DNA of 31,706 nt from Synechococcus sp. (lineage in GTDB: Bacteria > Cyanobacteriota > Cyanobacteriia > Thermostichales > PCC-7336): NCBI GenBank assembly GCA_051439425.1, contig JBFRWD010000063.1:1-31706 (forward strand), written 5' to 3'. This document shows positions 9,396 through 19,887 of this stretch, piece after piece; position 1 is the stretch's first letter; the number at the start of each line of letters is the position of its first letter. The position numbers were made by a program, and so were the translations under genes. The notes beneath the pieces were generated by a model. The model ran no database searches. It saw nothing but the letters and a program-made list of their open reading frames with translations, and was not told where the DNA came from.

Positions 9396-9686
9396 CGTCA
9401 GCTCGATCTCGGTAGAGCTTCGAATCACGAGAAAAGACAACCGCCTACCCATTCCGTTGCAAACGATATCAGCGGTTTCTCACAGGTAAACGCAGAGCTA
9501 ACATGCTCGACCGGTCGATAAAACCGAGGAAAATACTGAAATTTAATAGCAAGAACCATTGAAATCCGCAAATACCGGTTGTTCTGTAAATAGCGAACGT
9601 CACGGTTCCTACAGGAGAAACGCGCAACACCGATGTAGGCTATTCTTGTTAACTTTCTTCACGATTGACCAACCAGGAGGGCCATA

Positions 9687-10871
9687 ATGAGCGAATCTGT
9701 TGAGACGATCGCAGCCCATGGCGGCACGCTGATTAACCGCATCGCCACCGCAGAACAGCGCGCCGACATTCTGGCGAAAGCAGATTCTTTGCCCAAAGTC
9801 GCTATTGATGCCCGCGCCCAATCCGATCTTGAGATGATCGCGATCGGTGGGTTTAGCCCTCTTGAGGGGTTTATGGCTGAAGCAGATTATTCGTCTGTCG
9901 TCACCGATATGCACCTGAGTAACGGCGTGGCCTGGGCTATTCCCGTTGTACTACCGGTGACGGAAGCGGTAGCCGACGGGCTGGAAATCGGTCAAACCAT
10001 CGGTTTGACCAACGCTGACGGACGCCTCCTCGGCACCATGGAACTGACTGAAAAGTTTGTTCCCGATAAAGAGAAAGAAGCACTACACGTCTACCGCACA
10101 ACCGAAGACAAGCACCCCGGCGTCAAAGTCATTTACGAACAGGGTAACGTCAACTTGGCTGGCCCTGTAATTCTGCTAGAGCGCGATCCTCACCCTCTAT
10201 TCCCTTCCTACCAAATCGACCCTGCGGAATCCCGCAAGATGTTTGTGGAGAAGGGCTGGAATACGGTCGTTGGTTTCCAAACCCGTAACCCGATCCATCG
10301 CGCTCACGAATATATTCAAAAGTGCGCTTTGGAAATTGTTGATGGTTTGTTCCTCCATCCTCTGGTGGGTGCAACTAAGAGCGATGACATCCCCGCAGAT
10401 GTTCGTATGCAGTGCTACGAACTGATGATGGAGCATTACTTCCCCCAGGATCGCGTCACTCTCGCGATCAACCCTTCCGCGATGCGGTACGCCGGTCCTC
10501 GCGAGGCGATTTTCCACGCCCTTATTCGTAAGAACTACGGCTGCACCCACTTCATCGTGGGCCGCGACCACGCTGGTGTTGGCGACTACTACGGCACCTA
10601 CGATGCTCAGCACATCTTTGATGAGTTCGAGCCCGGCGCACTGGGAATTACCCCTCTCAAGTTCGAGCACGCCTTTTTCTGCAAGAAGACCGGCACCATG
10701 GCCACATCCAAGACCAGCCCTGCTGGTCCCGAGGATCGCGTTCACCTCTCCGGTACCAAAGTGCGAGCCATGCTGCGCGAAGGTAAGACTCCCCCTCCCG
10801 AGTTCTCTCGCCCTGAAGTAGCTGCACTGCTAGCAGAAGTCATGTCTGCTCGCGTAGCACAGCCCGTATAG
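9687..10871 (+). CDS. sat: Sulfate adenylyltransferase (ATP sulfurylase)
   Basis: [36 protein letters not shown] and LSGTKVR motifs. AGGAGG RBS upstream. Confidence 0.98.
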   Translation: MSESVETIAAHGGTLINRIATAEQRADILAKADSLPKVAIDARAQSDLEMIAIGGFSPLEGFMAEADYSSVVTDMHLSNGVAWAIPVVLPVTEAVADGLEIGQTIGLTNADGRLLGTMELTEKFVPDKEKEALHVYRTTEDKHPGVKVIYEQGNVNLAGPVILLERDPHPLFPSYQIDPAESRKMFVEKGWNTVVGFQTRNPIHRAHEYIQKCALEIVDGLFLHPLVGATKSDDIPADVRMQCYELMMEHYFPQDRVTLAINPSAMRYAGPREAIFHALIRKNYGCTHFIVGRDHAGVGDYYGTYDAQHIFDEFEPGALGITPLKFEHAFFCKKTGTMATSKTSPAGPEDRVHLSGTKVRAMLREGKTPPPEFSRPEVAALLAEVMSARVAQPV

Positions 10872-10956
10872 CTTCATCTCGACGCTCCTACCCTCTAACG
10901 GATGTAGGGGTCGTTTCGGGCCATAGCTTCACGCTTATGTGGCTATTGCCCAAGTA

Positions 10957-10999
10957 CTAAAAGCCATGGTCAAGGAGTTGTCCTAGCCATGGCTTTTAC
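10957..10999. terminator. Probable bidirectional intrinsic terminator between convergent sat and pmbA
   Basis: Stem AAAAGCCATGG...CCATGGCTTTT with an inner AGGA/TCCT pair, flanked by A and T runs. Confidence 0.7.
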
Positions 11000-11033
11000 T
11001 GTCTAAAGATGAAAGTGTCTAGAGATAGAGGAG

Positions 11034-11130
11034 TGTAGTGTTTGCCATTTATTTAGGACAAACATTTCCAAGCGCAGTTGGGTTGAACATTGCTGAAATG
11101 TCTGCGGTTGGGATACGGGCACTGCAATGA
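11034..11130 (+). repeat. Dispersed repeat family 1 copy
   Basis: TGTAGTGTTTGCCATTTATTTAGGACAAACATTTCCAAGCGCAGTTGGGTTGAACATTGCTGAAATGTCTGCGG..., collinear with the copies at 17716 and 25183. Confidence 0.85.
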
Positions 11131-11197
11131 AATCGCGCGCCCGTACCTAAGATCTCAAGACTGCTGGTTTGCCACTGGAGTGAGCTAAAACTGAGCG

Positions 11198-12541
11198 TTA
11201 GTCACCAGTGATTGACAGCTCTTTGACCCAAATGCGCGGGCACACTCCACCTGGGGTGATCTCGGGGTCGGACTCAACATAGACAATGTCTTTGAGAAGC
11301 TGACGGAAATCACCGGCCACGGTTGCTGACTCGATGCTGACCGTCTTGCCTTGCTCGATAATCCAACCATCGAACGGCAGCGAGAAAGATCCTTCCAAGG
11401 CATTCACGCCAGCGTGAAGGGCTTTAATCTCATCAATCCACACGACGTTGTCGGCAGTATCAACGCTATATTCCTCCTCTGCAGGCGCTCCGGGAAAAAC
11501 GTGGGTGTAGTTGCCGCTGACCGTGACTTTTGCCCCCAAATTAGCGTGGCCGGTGGGTTGAGCATTCATGCGCTTGGCGGTGCCGGAGCTGTGCATGAAG
11601 TTGCTGAGCACTCCTTCAGTTATTAGGGGGAGGCGGCGGGTGGGAGTGCCTTCGCCGTCAAAGTGGCTAGGGGAGAAATTGCCATCATGTAACTCGTCGT
11701 CTGCTACAGATAGCAGGGGAGAGGCGATCTCCGTACCCAACGATTCAGGAGTGGAGAGGCTGCGATTATCTAAAATGCTCTGGGCATTAAAGATATTTGA
11801 GAAGGCTCCGAACAGACTGAGAAAGGCTTCAGCGGAGAGGACAACGGTGTACTTACCGGTGGGAATTTTTTTGTAATCCAGGTGGCTGATGGTTTTGTCT
11901 GCAGTTTCCTGGATGCAGCTCGCAATATCGAGTTTGTCCACCCCCTGCTCGACACGAAATGCACCGGCGCTGCGCGGCTTTTTCCCATCCTGCTCCGTCT
12001 TGCTGTAGAGGTAAATGGACGCAACCGAGCCAGCCTCGTATCGTTCCGCTCCGTCGCTATTGATGTAAAACCGTTCGATGTCCCGCTGGGAGAGACCGTT
12101 GTAGGGTACACCAGCGATCGCCGGATGAGCATCCAGTAACTTGGCCTCGGCATCTTTGAGGGATTCGAGCAGCTCGGCAACCGGAGTTTGCTCGACGTAG
12201 ACATTGTCGTACTCGGGCAGTGGAGTTGTTGCCTCGGGACTAAAGTCGGGAGCGTGTTCTTTGACTCCAAACGCACTGGCTTCAGCAGCCGTTTTGAGGG
12301 CAAGTTCCAAACCAGCAGCATCGGTGTCGGTGGTGGAGGTAATGCCGACGGTGTTGCGGTCACTCCAGACGCGGACGGTGAAGCTCGCTCGATTGGAGGC
12401 TTTGACTTGCTTGGGTTCGCCGCGATCGATTTGAACGCTGTTTTCGTCGACAGAGGAACCGGAAATATCGAATTTTGAGATGCCGAGCTTGCCGGCGATG
12501 CTGCGGGCTTGGCTGCCTAAATCCTGAATGTTGGTGGTCAT
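11198..12541 (-). CDS. pmbA: TldE/PmbA family protein
   Basis: FDGEGTPT, GHA, LHAG.N...GSFSLPFDGW and TVAGDF..LLK motifs. No HExxH zinc motif was seen, which fits PmbA rather than TldD. Likely start is MTTNIQ at 12541. Confidence 0.85.
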   Translation of the reverse strand: MTTNIQDLGSQARSIAGKLGISKFDISGSSVDENSVQIDRGEPKQVKASNRASFTVRVWSDRNTVGITSTTDTDAAGLELALKTAAEASAFGVKEHAPDFSPEATTPLPEYDNVYVEQTPVAELLESLKDAEAKLLDAHPAIAGVPYNGLSQRDIERFYINSDGAERYEAGSVASIYLYSKTEQDGKKPRSAGAFRVEQGVDKLDIASCIQETADKTISHLDYKKIPTGKYTVVLSAEAFLSLFGAFSNIFNAQSILDNRSLSTPESLGTEIASPLLSVADDELHDGNFSPSHFDGEGTPTRRLPLITEGVLSNFMHSSGTAKRMNAQPTGHANLGAKVTVSGNYTHVFPGAPAEEEYSVDTADNVVWIDEIKALHAGVNALEGSFSLPFDGWIIEQGKTVSIESATVAGDFRQLLKDIVYVESDPEITPGGVCPRIWVKELSITGD

Positions 12542-12676
12542 AAACCTGCTAGAGCTGTAAATCGCTGGTTTTCCAACTATAACAATCCAGCTCGAACTCA
12601 ACCGGTGGCTAGAATACCCCAGTATCTTATGCAAGCAGGGTATCTCGAAAAGTACAGTACCTAACCGAGCTGGCGT

Positions 12677-12985
12677 TTAGATTAACCACTCTGAGGCCCG
12701 TTCCCCCAGCTCTAGAGGAATCGCCACAGCCTTCCCCAGCCGAGGCCGCTGGCGAGTACTTTGCATTTCCTGAATTGCAAATTCCAGTACCCCCCAATCT
12801 GCCAATCGTTCCATTACTGATTCCAAATGCCCGAGGTACTCATCTTCGCTGAGACCAAAAGATCGCTGGCCTAAATATTTCCACATCACCAACAGCAGAA
12901 CGCGCTCGCCCCGGCGCTGCAGTTGAATGTCATAGGCTCGCCCCCACTTGCCGACAATGAAACGGCGAAAATCCTCGCCCTTCAT
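12677..12985 (-). CDS. DUF3067 family protein (conserved in cyanobacteria and plastids)
   Basis: KWGRAYD.QL, VMWKYL.Q.SF.LSE.EY..HL and RPRLGKAV.IPL..GERASEW. It sits divergent from petC. Confidence 0.88.
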   Translation of the reverse strand: MKGEDFRRFIVGKWGRAYDIQLQRRGERVLLLVMWKYLGQRSFGLSEDEYLGHLESVMERLADWGVLEFAIQEMQSTRQRPRLGKAVAIPLELGERASEWLI

Positions 12986-13233
12986 GGCTTTACATTTTGT
13001 ATCGTCATGCCCATGCCCTTCTCCCCAAAATACTAAACTGACAATGTCAAGTTTTGTAAGCTTTACTCATTTCCAGTTTAAGTTTCTAAACTTAACATCC
13101 CGTCCTTTACACTGAAACGTGCGAGCGCTCGATCTTTCAGCGATCGCCATTCAGAGCCAGGTGACAATTTATATTTTCTTTGACGCCTGTTTTTCACTGC
13201 AAACCTCTTTTTGCAATCCATTTAGAGTAAGCC

Positions 13234-13752
13234 ATGACCGAAGCTACGAGCACAGTTGAAGCTCCCAGTATGGGACGCCGTACCCTTTTGACCGCCATGT
13301 TGGGTGGCTCCGTTGGGGTTGTAGCCCTGGGAGCGTTGTATCCCTTCGTGAAATATTTCATTCCTCCGTCCTCCGGTTCCGGCTCCGGCGGCGTTCTGGC
13401 TTCGGACAAGTTGGGCAACCCCATTAGTATTTCCGCAACCTTGGCGTCCAACCCCGCAAAAGCCCGCGTTCTCACCCAAGGTCCCAAGGGCGATCCCACC
13501 TATGTCGTCATCGACGATGCTCAGGTGGCCAACTACGGAATTAACGCAATTTGTACCCACCTGGGTTGTGTTGTGCCCTGGAATGCTGGCGCTGACCTGT
13601 TTAAGTGCCCTTGTCACGGCTCTCAATACGCACCCAATGGCAAGGTCGTGCGCGGCCCTGCGCCTAAGTCCTTGGGCCTGGTGGCAGCTTCTGTGGAAGG
13701 AGACAACGTGCTCTTCTCCACCTGGGAAGGTGAAGACTTCCGCGACGCCTAA
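13234..13752 (+). CDS. petC: Cytochrome b6f Rieske iron-sulfur subunit
   Basis: Tat-like MGRR plus a TM segment, Gly/Ser hinge, GDPTY, CTHLGC and CPCHGS boxes, and RGPAP.SL. Confidence 0.97.
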   Translation: MTEATSTVEAPSMGRRTLLTAMLGGSVGVVALGALYPFVKYFIPPSSGSGSGGVLASDKLGNPISISATLASNPAKARVLTQGPKGDPTYVVIDDAQVANYGINAICTHLGCVVPWNAGADLFKCPCHGSQYAPNGKVVRGPAPKSLGLVAASVEGDNVLFSTWEGEDFRDA

Positions 13753-13839
13753 CTTATCTTTTTGGGCAGTTTGGCTTCCTGAATCTAAAGAACCAAGCTG
13801 CCGTTCTGTTGACGATACTTTCGGTCTTAAATCGCTCCC

Positions 13840-14823
13840 ATGATTAGAATCTTGCTTACGGCGATCGCCTGCGTAGCCCTTCTCTTCTCCTCGGCGAACC
13901 AGGCATCTGCTTATCCCGCTTACGCCCAGGCTGCTTACGACAATCCTCGTGAAGCCACCGGTAAAATTGTTTGTGCAAACTGCCACCTGGCCCAGAAAGC
14001 CACTCAGCTGGAGCTGCCCCAAGCAGTTACTCCCGGTCAGGTATTCAAAGCCACCGTTAAAATTCCCGTTGACACGTCCGTTCAGCAGCCCACCGGTGAT
14101 GGGTCTTACGGTGCTTTGAATGTTGGTGCGGCAATTGTGTTGCCGGAAGGTTTCCGCATGGCCACCCCTGAAGAAATGGGTGAAGAGCTGTTTGCGGAAA
14201 CGGAAGAGTTTTACATTCAGCAGTACAACGACGATCATCCCAACATCCTGGTTGTGGGCCCGATTGGCTCTCCTGAAGACCAAGAAATTGTTTTTCCCGT
14301 CATGGCTCCCGATCCTGCTGAGGACGAGTCCGTTGCCTTTATGAAGTACTTGGTCTCTGCCGGGGGTAACCGCGGTCGCGGTCAGGTGAATCCCGATGGT
14401 AGCATGACCAATAACAATGCCTTCAAGGCTGCTGCCACCGGTCGTGTTTCCGCCATCACTGAAGTGGCTGACCCCTTCTCTCCCCCCTCTGATGGCCCTG
14501 CTGCTCGCGTTGACCTGAGCAACTATTACTCTCCTGTCAGCATCGTCACCATTGACACTGCTGCTGGCCCTGTTGACGAGATCGTTCCTGCTGGCCCTCA
14601 ACTGCTGGTTGGTGTAGGTGACTCCGTTGAGGAAGGCACTTTGATTACCAATGACCCCAACGTTGGTGGCTTCGGTCAAGCCGAGCGGGAAATCGTTCTC
14701 CAGAATCCCACCCGTGTCAAGTGGTTGATTGCGTTCTTGGCTGCTGTTTCATTGGCTCAGATCATGCTGGTGCTGAAGAAGAAGCAAATCGAGAAGATTC
14801 AAGTGGCAGAAGGTTTCGTGTAA
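13840..14823 (+). CDS. petA: Apocytochrome f
   Basis: Signal peptide, mature N-terminus YP..AQ, NPREATGKIVCANCH heme motif, GGNRGRGQ, NVGGFGQ and a C-terminal TM with LKKKQ. Confidence 0.98.
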   Translation: MIRILLTAIACVALLFSSANQASAYPAYAQAAYDNPREATGKIVCANCHLAQKATQLELPQAVTPGQVFKATVKIPVDTSVQQPTGDGSYGALNVGAAIVLPEGFRMATPEEMGEELFAETEEFYIQQYNDDHPNILVVGPIGSPEDQEIVFPVMAPDPAEDESVAFMKYLVSAGGNRGRGQVNPDGSMTNNNAFKAAATGRVSAITEVADPFSPPSDGPAARVDLSNYYSPVSIVTIDTAAGPVDEIVPAGPQLLVGVGDSVEEGTLITNDPNVGGFGQAEREIVLQNPTRVKWLIAFLAAVSLAQIMLVLKKKQIEKIQVAEGFV

Positions 14824-14855
14824 CCCCTTCTCTTTCAATCTCAAATTGATACTCC

Positions 14856-14887
14856 TGGCCCGAGGGACACCCTCGGGTCATTTTTTT
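14856..14887 (+). terminator. Rho-independent terminator of petCA
   Basis: TGGCCCGAGGG-ACA-CCCTCGGGTCA followed by T7. Confidence 0.88.
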
Positions 14888-15173
14888 GTGCGAGCGATCG
14901 CCGCGCCTCAATGTGTTCTGAGAGACACCCTTCCATTCCATACCCTTGCTAGAAGGGTATCTAAGCCAATACAGTGTCGCTCTCGCCTTACTCACTTTGT
15001 TAATACGTAGATAGAGCTTTAGGCGCAAGAAACGTTAAAACTTCTAGTCGCAGGTGGATTCTTCGCTTGTGATCGCGGCTATTCCTAAAGGATAGGAGGC
15101 TCGAAGTGGAAGGGGCTAAAGCCTGACAGAGAGCCGCCACCGGTTTGTAACAAATATCTGTGCGAATACAGCT

Positions 15174-17585
15174 ATGACTCAAGCGATATCGACTCCCACC
15201 GAGCAAACAGGACCTCTCAGTCCTGAGGAACTCCGCAATATCGATGCCTATTGGCGAGCTTGTAATTACTTGGCGGCGGGCATGATCTACCTCAAAGACA
15301 ACCCATTGCTGAAAGAGCCCTTGGAGGCGAAGCACGTCAAGAAGCGGTTGCTGGGTCACTGGGGAGCCTCCCCTGCTTTGAGCTTTAGCTACATTCACCT
15401 CAATCGTCTGATTAACAAATACGATCTCAGCGCGATCTTTATGGCAGGTCCCGGACACGGTGCCCCTGGAGTCATCGGGCCAGTGTATCTAGAGGGAACG
15501 TATTCGGAGTACTACCCCGATAAGGGCGAAGACGAAGAGGGCATGATGAATCTCTTCAGGTGGTTCTCATTCCCCGGCGGTATCGGTAGCCATTGCACCC
15601 CCGAGTTACCGGGTTCGATTCATGAAGGGGGGGAATTAGGCTATAGCCTGTCCCATGCCTATGGTGCTATTTACGATAGTCCGGAGCTGATAGTGGCCTG
15701 CGTCGTTGGAGACGGCGAAGCGGAGACTGGGCCGCTAGCCACTGCTTGGCACTCCAACAAGTACGTCAATCCCATCAGAGACGGGGCTGTCTTGCCTATT
15801 CTCAACCTGAACGGCTACAAAATCGCGAATCCAACGCTGCTATCTCGTATTTCCAAGCGAGAGCTGAACAGCCTGTTTGAAGGGTACGGCTACAGACCGT
15901 ATGTGGTTGAAGGAGACGATCCGCTGGAGATGCACCAGAAAATGGCGGCCACGATGGAGAAGTGCGTCGACCATATTCGCGAACTCCAAGCGGAATGTCG
16001 CCGTACAGGGGAGCCCAAGCGCCCCATGTGGCCGATGATTATTCTCCGTACCCCGAAAGGCTGGACGGGGCCAAAAGATGTAGACGGTCATAAAGTTGAG
16101 GGCTTTTGGCGGGCTCACCAAGTGCCGATGGGTGGCATGCATAGCAATCCCGAGCACCTGCAATTGCTAGAAACTTGGATGAAGGGCTACAAACCCGAAG
16201 AGCTGTTTGATGACAACGGCACATTGATGCCCGAACTGAAGGCTTTAGCACCTACCGGTCACCGTCGCATGAGCGACAATCCAGTGGCCAATGGTGGTCG
16301 CATTCGCAAAGCTCTTTGTATGCCAGACTTTCGCGATTTGGCTGTTGATGTTCCGACCCCCGGCACCGTCGAGGTCGAGAACACTCGCGTATTGGGCTAT
16401 CTCTTACGAGAAGTCATGCGCAAGAATATGGACAACTTTAGGGTGTTTGGTCCTGATGAGACGGCTTCCAACCGACTGCAGGCTCTGTATGAAGTCACCA
16501 AGAAAGCCTGGATGGCCGATTACTTGCCTGAGGATGCCGACGGTAGCGAGATGTCCCCCGATGGTCGGGTGATGGAAATGTTGAGCGAACATACTTTGCA
16601 GGGGTGGCTGGAGGGCTATTTACTGTCCGGTCGTCACGGATTCTTCCACACCTACGAAGCATTTGCCCATGTGGTGGATTCGATGTTTAACCAACATGCC
16701 AAGTGGTTGGATATCTGCAAGAAGGAAGTTCCCTGGCGAGCTCCAGTGTCTTCGCTCAATATCCTGCTGTCTTCGTTGGTGTGGAGACAGGATCACAACG
16801 GCTTCAGTCACCAAGATCCCGGCTACATCGATTTGGTAACGAATAAAAGCGCGGATGTGGTGCGTGTGTATTTCCCCCCAGATGCAAATTGCCTGCTTTC
16901 GGTCGCCGATCACTGCTTGCGCAGTACCGATTACATCAATGTGATTGTGTCGGATAAGCAGAAGCACCTGCAGTATCTGACGATGGAAGAGGCGATCGCC
17001 CACTGTACGAAGGGATTGGGCATTTGGGAATGGGCCAGCAATGATGACTGTGGTGCATCTCCCGACAATCCGGATGTCGTCATGGCCTGCTGTGGCGATA
17101 TTCCGACAATGGAGTCGCTAGCGGCTACTTCAATCTTGCGGGAGGAGTTTCCCGACTTGAAGGTGCGGTTTATCAACGTGGTTGACTTGCTGACCTTGGT
17201 GGATGAAAAAGAGCATCCCCACGGGTTGTCGAATCGCGACTTCGATACCCTGTTCACTCCCGACAAGCCGATTATGTTCAACTTCCACGGCTATCCCTGG
17301 TTGATTCACAAGCTGGTGTATCGGCGCAGCAACCAGGAACGCATTCACGTGCGGGGATACAAGGAGAAAGGCAACATCAACACGCCGCTGGAACTAGCGA
17401 TGGAGAACCAGATCGATCGCTTTAATCTCGTTATCGACGTCATCGATCGCGTTCCGTCGTTAGGCTCTCGGGCTGCTTATGTGAAAGAGCGGATGAAGAA
17501 TGCCATCATCGAGCACACCCACTACGCATTCACCTATGGAATGGACAAACCGGAGATTACGAACTGGAAGTGGCCTCATAGCTAG
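15174..17585 (+). CDS. xfp: Xylulose-5-phosphate/fructose-6-phosphate phosphoketolase
   Basis: [22 protein letters not shown], the TPP motif [11 protein letters not shown]...N, FGPDET.SNRL, LSEH and [12 protein letters not shown]. Confidence 0.97.
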   Translation: MTQAISTPTEQTGPLSPEELRNIDAYWRACNYLAAGMIYLKDNPLLKEPLEAKHVKKRLLGHWGASPALSFSYIHLNRLINKYDLSAIFMAGPGHGAPGVIGPVYLEGTYSEYYPDKGEDEEGMMNLFRWFSFPGGIGSHCTPELPGSIHEGGELGYSLSHAYGAIYDSPELIVACVVGDGEAETGPLATAWHSNKYVNPIRDGAVLPILNLNGYKIANPTLLSRISKRELNSLFEGYGYRPYVVEGDDPLEMHQKMAATMEKCVDHIRELQAECRRTGEPKRPMWPMIILRTPKGWTGPKDVDGHKVEGFWRAHQVPMGGMHSNPEHLQLLETWMKGYKPEELFDDNGTLMPELKALAPTGHRRMSDNPVANGGRIRKALCMPDFRDLAVDVPTPGTVEVENTRVLGYLLREVMRKNMDNFRVFGPDETASNRLQALYEVTKKAWMADYLPEDADGSEMSPDGRVMEMLSEHTLQGWLEGYLLSGRHGFFHTYEAFAHVVDSMFNQHAKWLDICKKEVPWRAPVSSLNILLSSLVWRQDHNGFSHQDPGYIDLVTNKSADVVRVYFPPDANCLLSVADHCLRSTDYINVIVSDKQKHLQYLTMEEAIAHCTKGLGIWEWASNDDCGASPDNPDVVMACCGDIPTMESLAATSILREEFPDLKVRFINVVDLLTLVDEKEHPHGLSNRDFDTLFTPDKPIMFNFHGYPWLIHKLVYRRSNQERIHVRGYKEKGNINTPLELAMENQIDRFNLVIDVIDRVPSLGSRAAYVKERMKNAIIEHTHYAFTYGMDKPEITNWKWPHS

Positions 17586-17605
17586 CTATCGACGATAGCG
17601 CTGGA

Positions 17606-17642
17606 GGAAGCTGAGTTGAAGGCTTGGCTTCCTTCTTTATTT
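17606..17642 (+). terminator. Probable terminator after xfp
   Basis: GGAAGCTGAG-TTGAAGG-CTTGGCTTCC followed by TTCTTTATTT. Confidence 0.6.
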
Positions 17643-17715
17643 CGGGGACAACAGCTGGGGATGTATGGCGTCCGCTTTCAGGTCTGGAGTACCAAGGCAG
17701 CTCAAACCCTTAATG

Positions 17716-17809
17716 TGTAGCATTTGCCATTTAGTTCGGACAACCGCTTCCGATCGTAGTAAGGGTTGAATCTCGCTGAGATGTCCGCAGTGGCATGGCC
17801 GCGGCTACA
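17716..17809 (+). repeat. Dispersed repeat family 1 copy (94 bp)
   Basis: TGTAGCATTTGCCAT...ATGGCCGCGGCTACA with inverted termini, collinear with the copies at 11034 and 25183. Confidence 0.85.
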
Positions 17810-17973
17810 CAAAGAGAGGTGGTTAGAAAACTCTCCATTTTGACTGTGGCAGGGATGAGTCGGTTGTTTATCGATCTTTCGATTCGAGACCATGCCGAAA
17901 ACAGCTGTGGAGCTTACAGATTACGTTCAAGCAGCTGCGCCGTTAATTTTGAATTAATAGAGGGGGCGTCATT

Positions 17974-18612
17974 GTGAGTTTGAATCTCTATTTGCTCAGG
18001 CATGGCGAGACCACTTATAGCCAGAGGGGAGGTTATTGCGGCAGGCTCGACCCCGAGCTGACGTCGTCCGGATTGGCAATGGCACAAGCATTTTCTGATG
18101 CCTACCGTCAGCTCGAATGGGCTGCCGTATTTGCCAGTCCGATGAAACGCACGCTCGCTACCGCCAATCCCTTATGTGCTGCAACTGGCATGACCCCGCA
18201 GTTGCGGGATGGCCTGAAGGAAATTGACTACGGGAATTGGGAAGATCTGACCCACGACATCGTGCGGGATAAATATGCGCATGAATATGTCGCCTGGATG
18301 ACGGAACCGGCTTGGAATGCTCCAACTGGCGGTGAAACGGCTGTTCAGGTAGCCAGTCGTGCCGATCTGGTGATTGCCGAGATTCAGGAGACGTTTCCAG
18401 ATGGCAACATTCTGGTGGTGTCTCATAAAGCCACTATCCGCATTATTTTGTGCAGCTTGCTGGGGATCGATTTGGGTCGCTATCGCGATCGCATCGAAAT
18501 GCCCGTAGCATCCGTCAGCGTTGTCACATTCGGTCGCTACGGTCCGATGCTGCAGCGACTGGGCGATCGCTCCCACTTACCTGAAGCCCTTCGCAATCGA
18601 GCGGGGACATAG
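17974..18612 (+). CDS. Histidine phosphatase family protein (phosphoglycerate mutase-like)
   Basis: LLRHGET, SP.KR...TA, LKEIDYGNWE, GGET and LVVSH motifs. GTG start. Confidence 0.92.
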   Translation: MSLNLYLLRHGETTYSQRGGYCGRLDPELTSSGLAMAQAFSDAYRQLEWAAVFASPMKRTLATANPLCAATGMTPQLRDGLKEIDYGNWEDLTHDIVRDKYAHEYVAWMTEPAWNAPTGGETAVQVASRADLVIAEIQETFPDGNILVVSHKATIRIILCSLLGIDLGRYRDRIEMPVASVSVVTFGRYGPMLQRLGDRSHLPEALRNRAGT

Positions 18613-18618
18613 ATAGCC

Positions 18619-19821
18619 ATGAATATTCTGATTCTCAATGCTGGCTCCAGCAGCCAGAAAAGTTGTTTGTACCGCTTTGATGGCAGCGTACCGGACTTAC
18701 CACCCGAGCCATTGTGGAGCGCACATATTGAGTGGTCGGAACACTCTGGCCAAATGGTCGTCACGGCGAGTGAAGCAAGGATTGCCGTCGAACTGGAGAC
18801 AGGCGATCTGGCTACGGCCATCTCCAAAATGTTGGACACGCTGCTGGTGGGGGACACGCAGGTTCTCGATGACCTGGCAGAGATAAACGTGGTGGGTCAT
18901 CGGGTAGTGCATGGGGGGTCGAATTACTCTCAACCAATCGCAATCGATAACGATGTGAAAACGGCAATCGCGGACTTGAGCGTGCTGGCTCCGGCCCACA
19001 ATCCGGCAAATTTGGCCGGGATTGAAGCGATCGAGCATTGTTTGGGTGATGTGCCTCAAGTGGCGGTCTTTGACACGGCGTTTCATAGCCAAATGCCTCT
19101 AGCATCAGCGGTTTATCCCATTCCCTACGGGTTTTTCGAGGACGGCATTCGACGCTACGGCTTCCACGGTATCAGTCACGACTACTGTGCCCATCGGGCG
19201 GCGCAGCTTGTGGGCCAGCCTCTTGAGGAGTTGAAGCTGGTTAACTGCCACTTGGGCAACGGCTGTTCGCTGGCGGCAGTCGATGGTGGCATTGGTATCG
19301 ATACCACCATGGGATTTACGCCGCTGGAAGGATTGATGATGGGGACCCGCAGCGGATCGGTCGATCCGGCGATCGCGATCCATCTCATGCGGACAAAGGG
19401 ATACGACGCCGACCGCTTGGATACCATGCTCAACCGGGAATCGGGGTTGAAGGGAGTGTCTGGAATTTCGGGCGATATGCGCGAGATTGCAGCGGCGATC
19501 TCGAATGGCAATGAGCGGGCTCAGCTAGCCTTTGACCTTTATATCCATCGGTTGAAATCTGCGATCGGAGGAATGGTAGCGAGTTTAGGCGGTCTGGATG
19601 TGCTTGTGTTTACAGCGGGGGTTGGGGAGCATTCGGCTATGGTTCGAGAACAGGTGTGTAGGGGGTTGGAGTTTCTGGGGGTGACTCTGAATGATGCCCA
19701 AAACTCAGCATCGCCCGTGGACACCGTCATTTCTGGACCGGACTCGGCAGTAACTGTGCTGGTGATTCATACCGAAGAAGACTGGGCGATCGCCAAAGCC
19801 TGTTGGCAACTGCGCCAGTAG
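18619..19821 (+). CDS. ackA: Acetate kinase
   Basis: NAGSSS.K, GHRVVHGG, APAHNP, VFDTAFH, RRYGFHGISH, HLGNGCS, TTMGFTPLEGLMMGTRSG and FTAGVGE. Confidence 0.97.
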   Translation: MNILILNAGSSSQKSCLYRFDGSVPDLPPEPLWSAHIEWSEHSGQMVVTASEARIAVELETGDLATAISKMLDTLLVGDTQVLDDLAEINVVGHRVVHGGSNYSQPIAIDNDVKTAIADLSVLAPAHNPANLAGIEAIEHCLGDVPQVAVFDTAFHSQMPLASAVYPIPYGFFEDGIRRYGFHGISHDYCAHRAAQLVGQPLEELKLVNCHLGNGCSLAAVDGGIGIDTTMGFTPLEGLMMGTRSGSVDPAIAIHLMRTKGYDADRLDTMLNRESGLKGVSGISGDMREIAAAISNGNERAQLAFDLYIHRLKSAIGGMVASLGGLDVLVFTAGVGEHSAMVREQVCRGLEFLGVTLNDAQNSASPVDTVISGPDSAVTVLVIHTEEDWAIAKACWQLRQ

Positions 19822-19887
19822 CTTCGCTAGCATTGGTGCTTGGGGGATGAGAATGAGGGAATTTTCCGCCAAATATTAAGGACATTC

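Noticed and set aside
12542..12634. N-terminal extension of PmbA in the ORF track
   Set aside because: The family-like sequence starts at MTTNIQ (12541), and the extension looks like translated intergenic DNA.
13222..14679. 485-aa ORF on the minus strand
   Set aside because: It is the antisense shadow of petC-petA, whose biased codon usage leaves the reverse frame open. It has no recognisable motifs.
15145..15170. Possible NtcA site upstream of xfp (TGTAACAAATATCTG)
   Set aside because: The second half-site TAC is not at the GTA-N8-TAC spacing.
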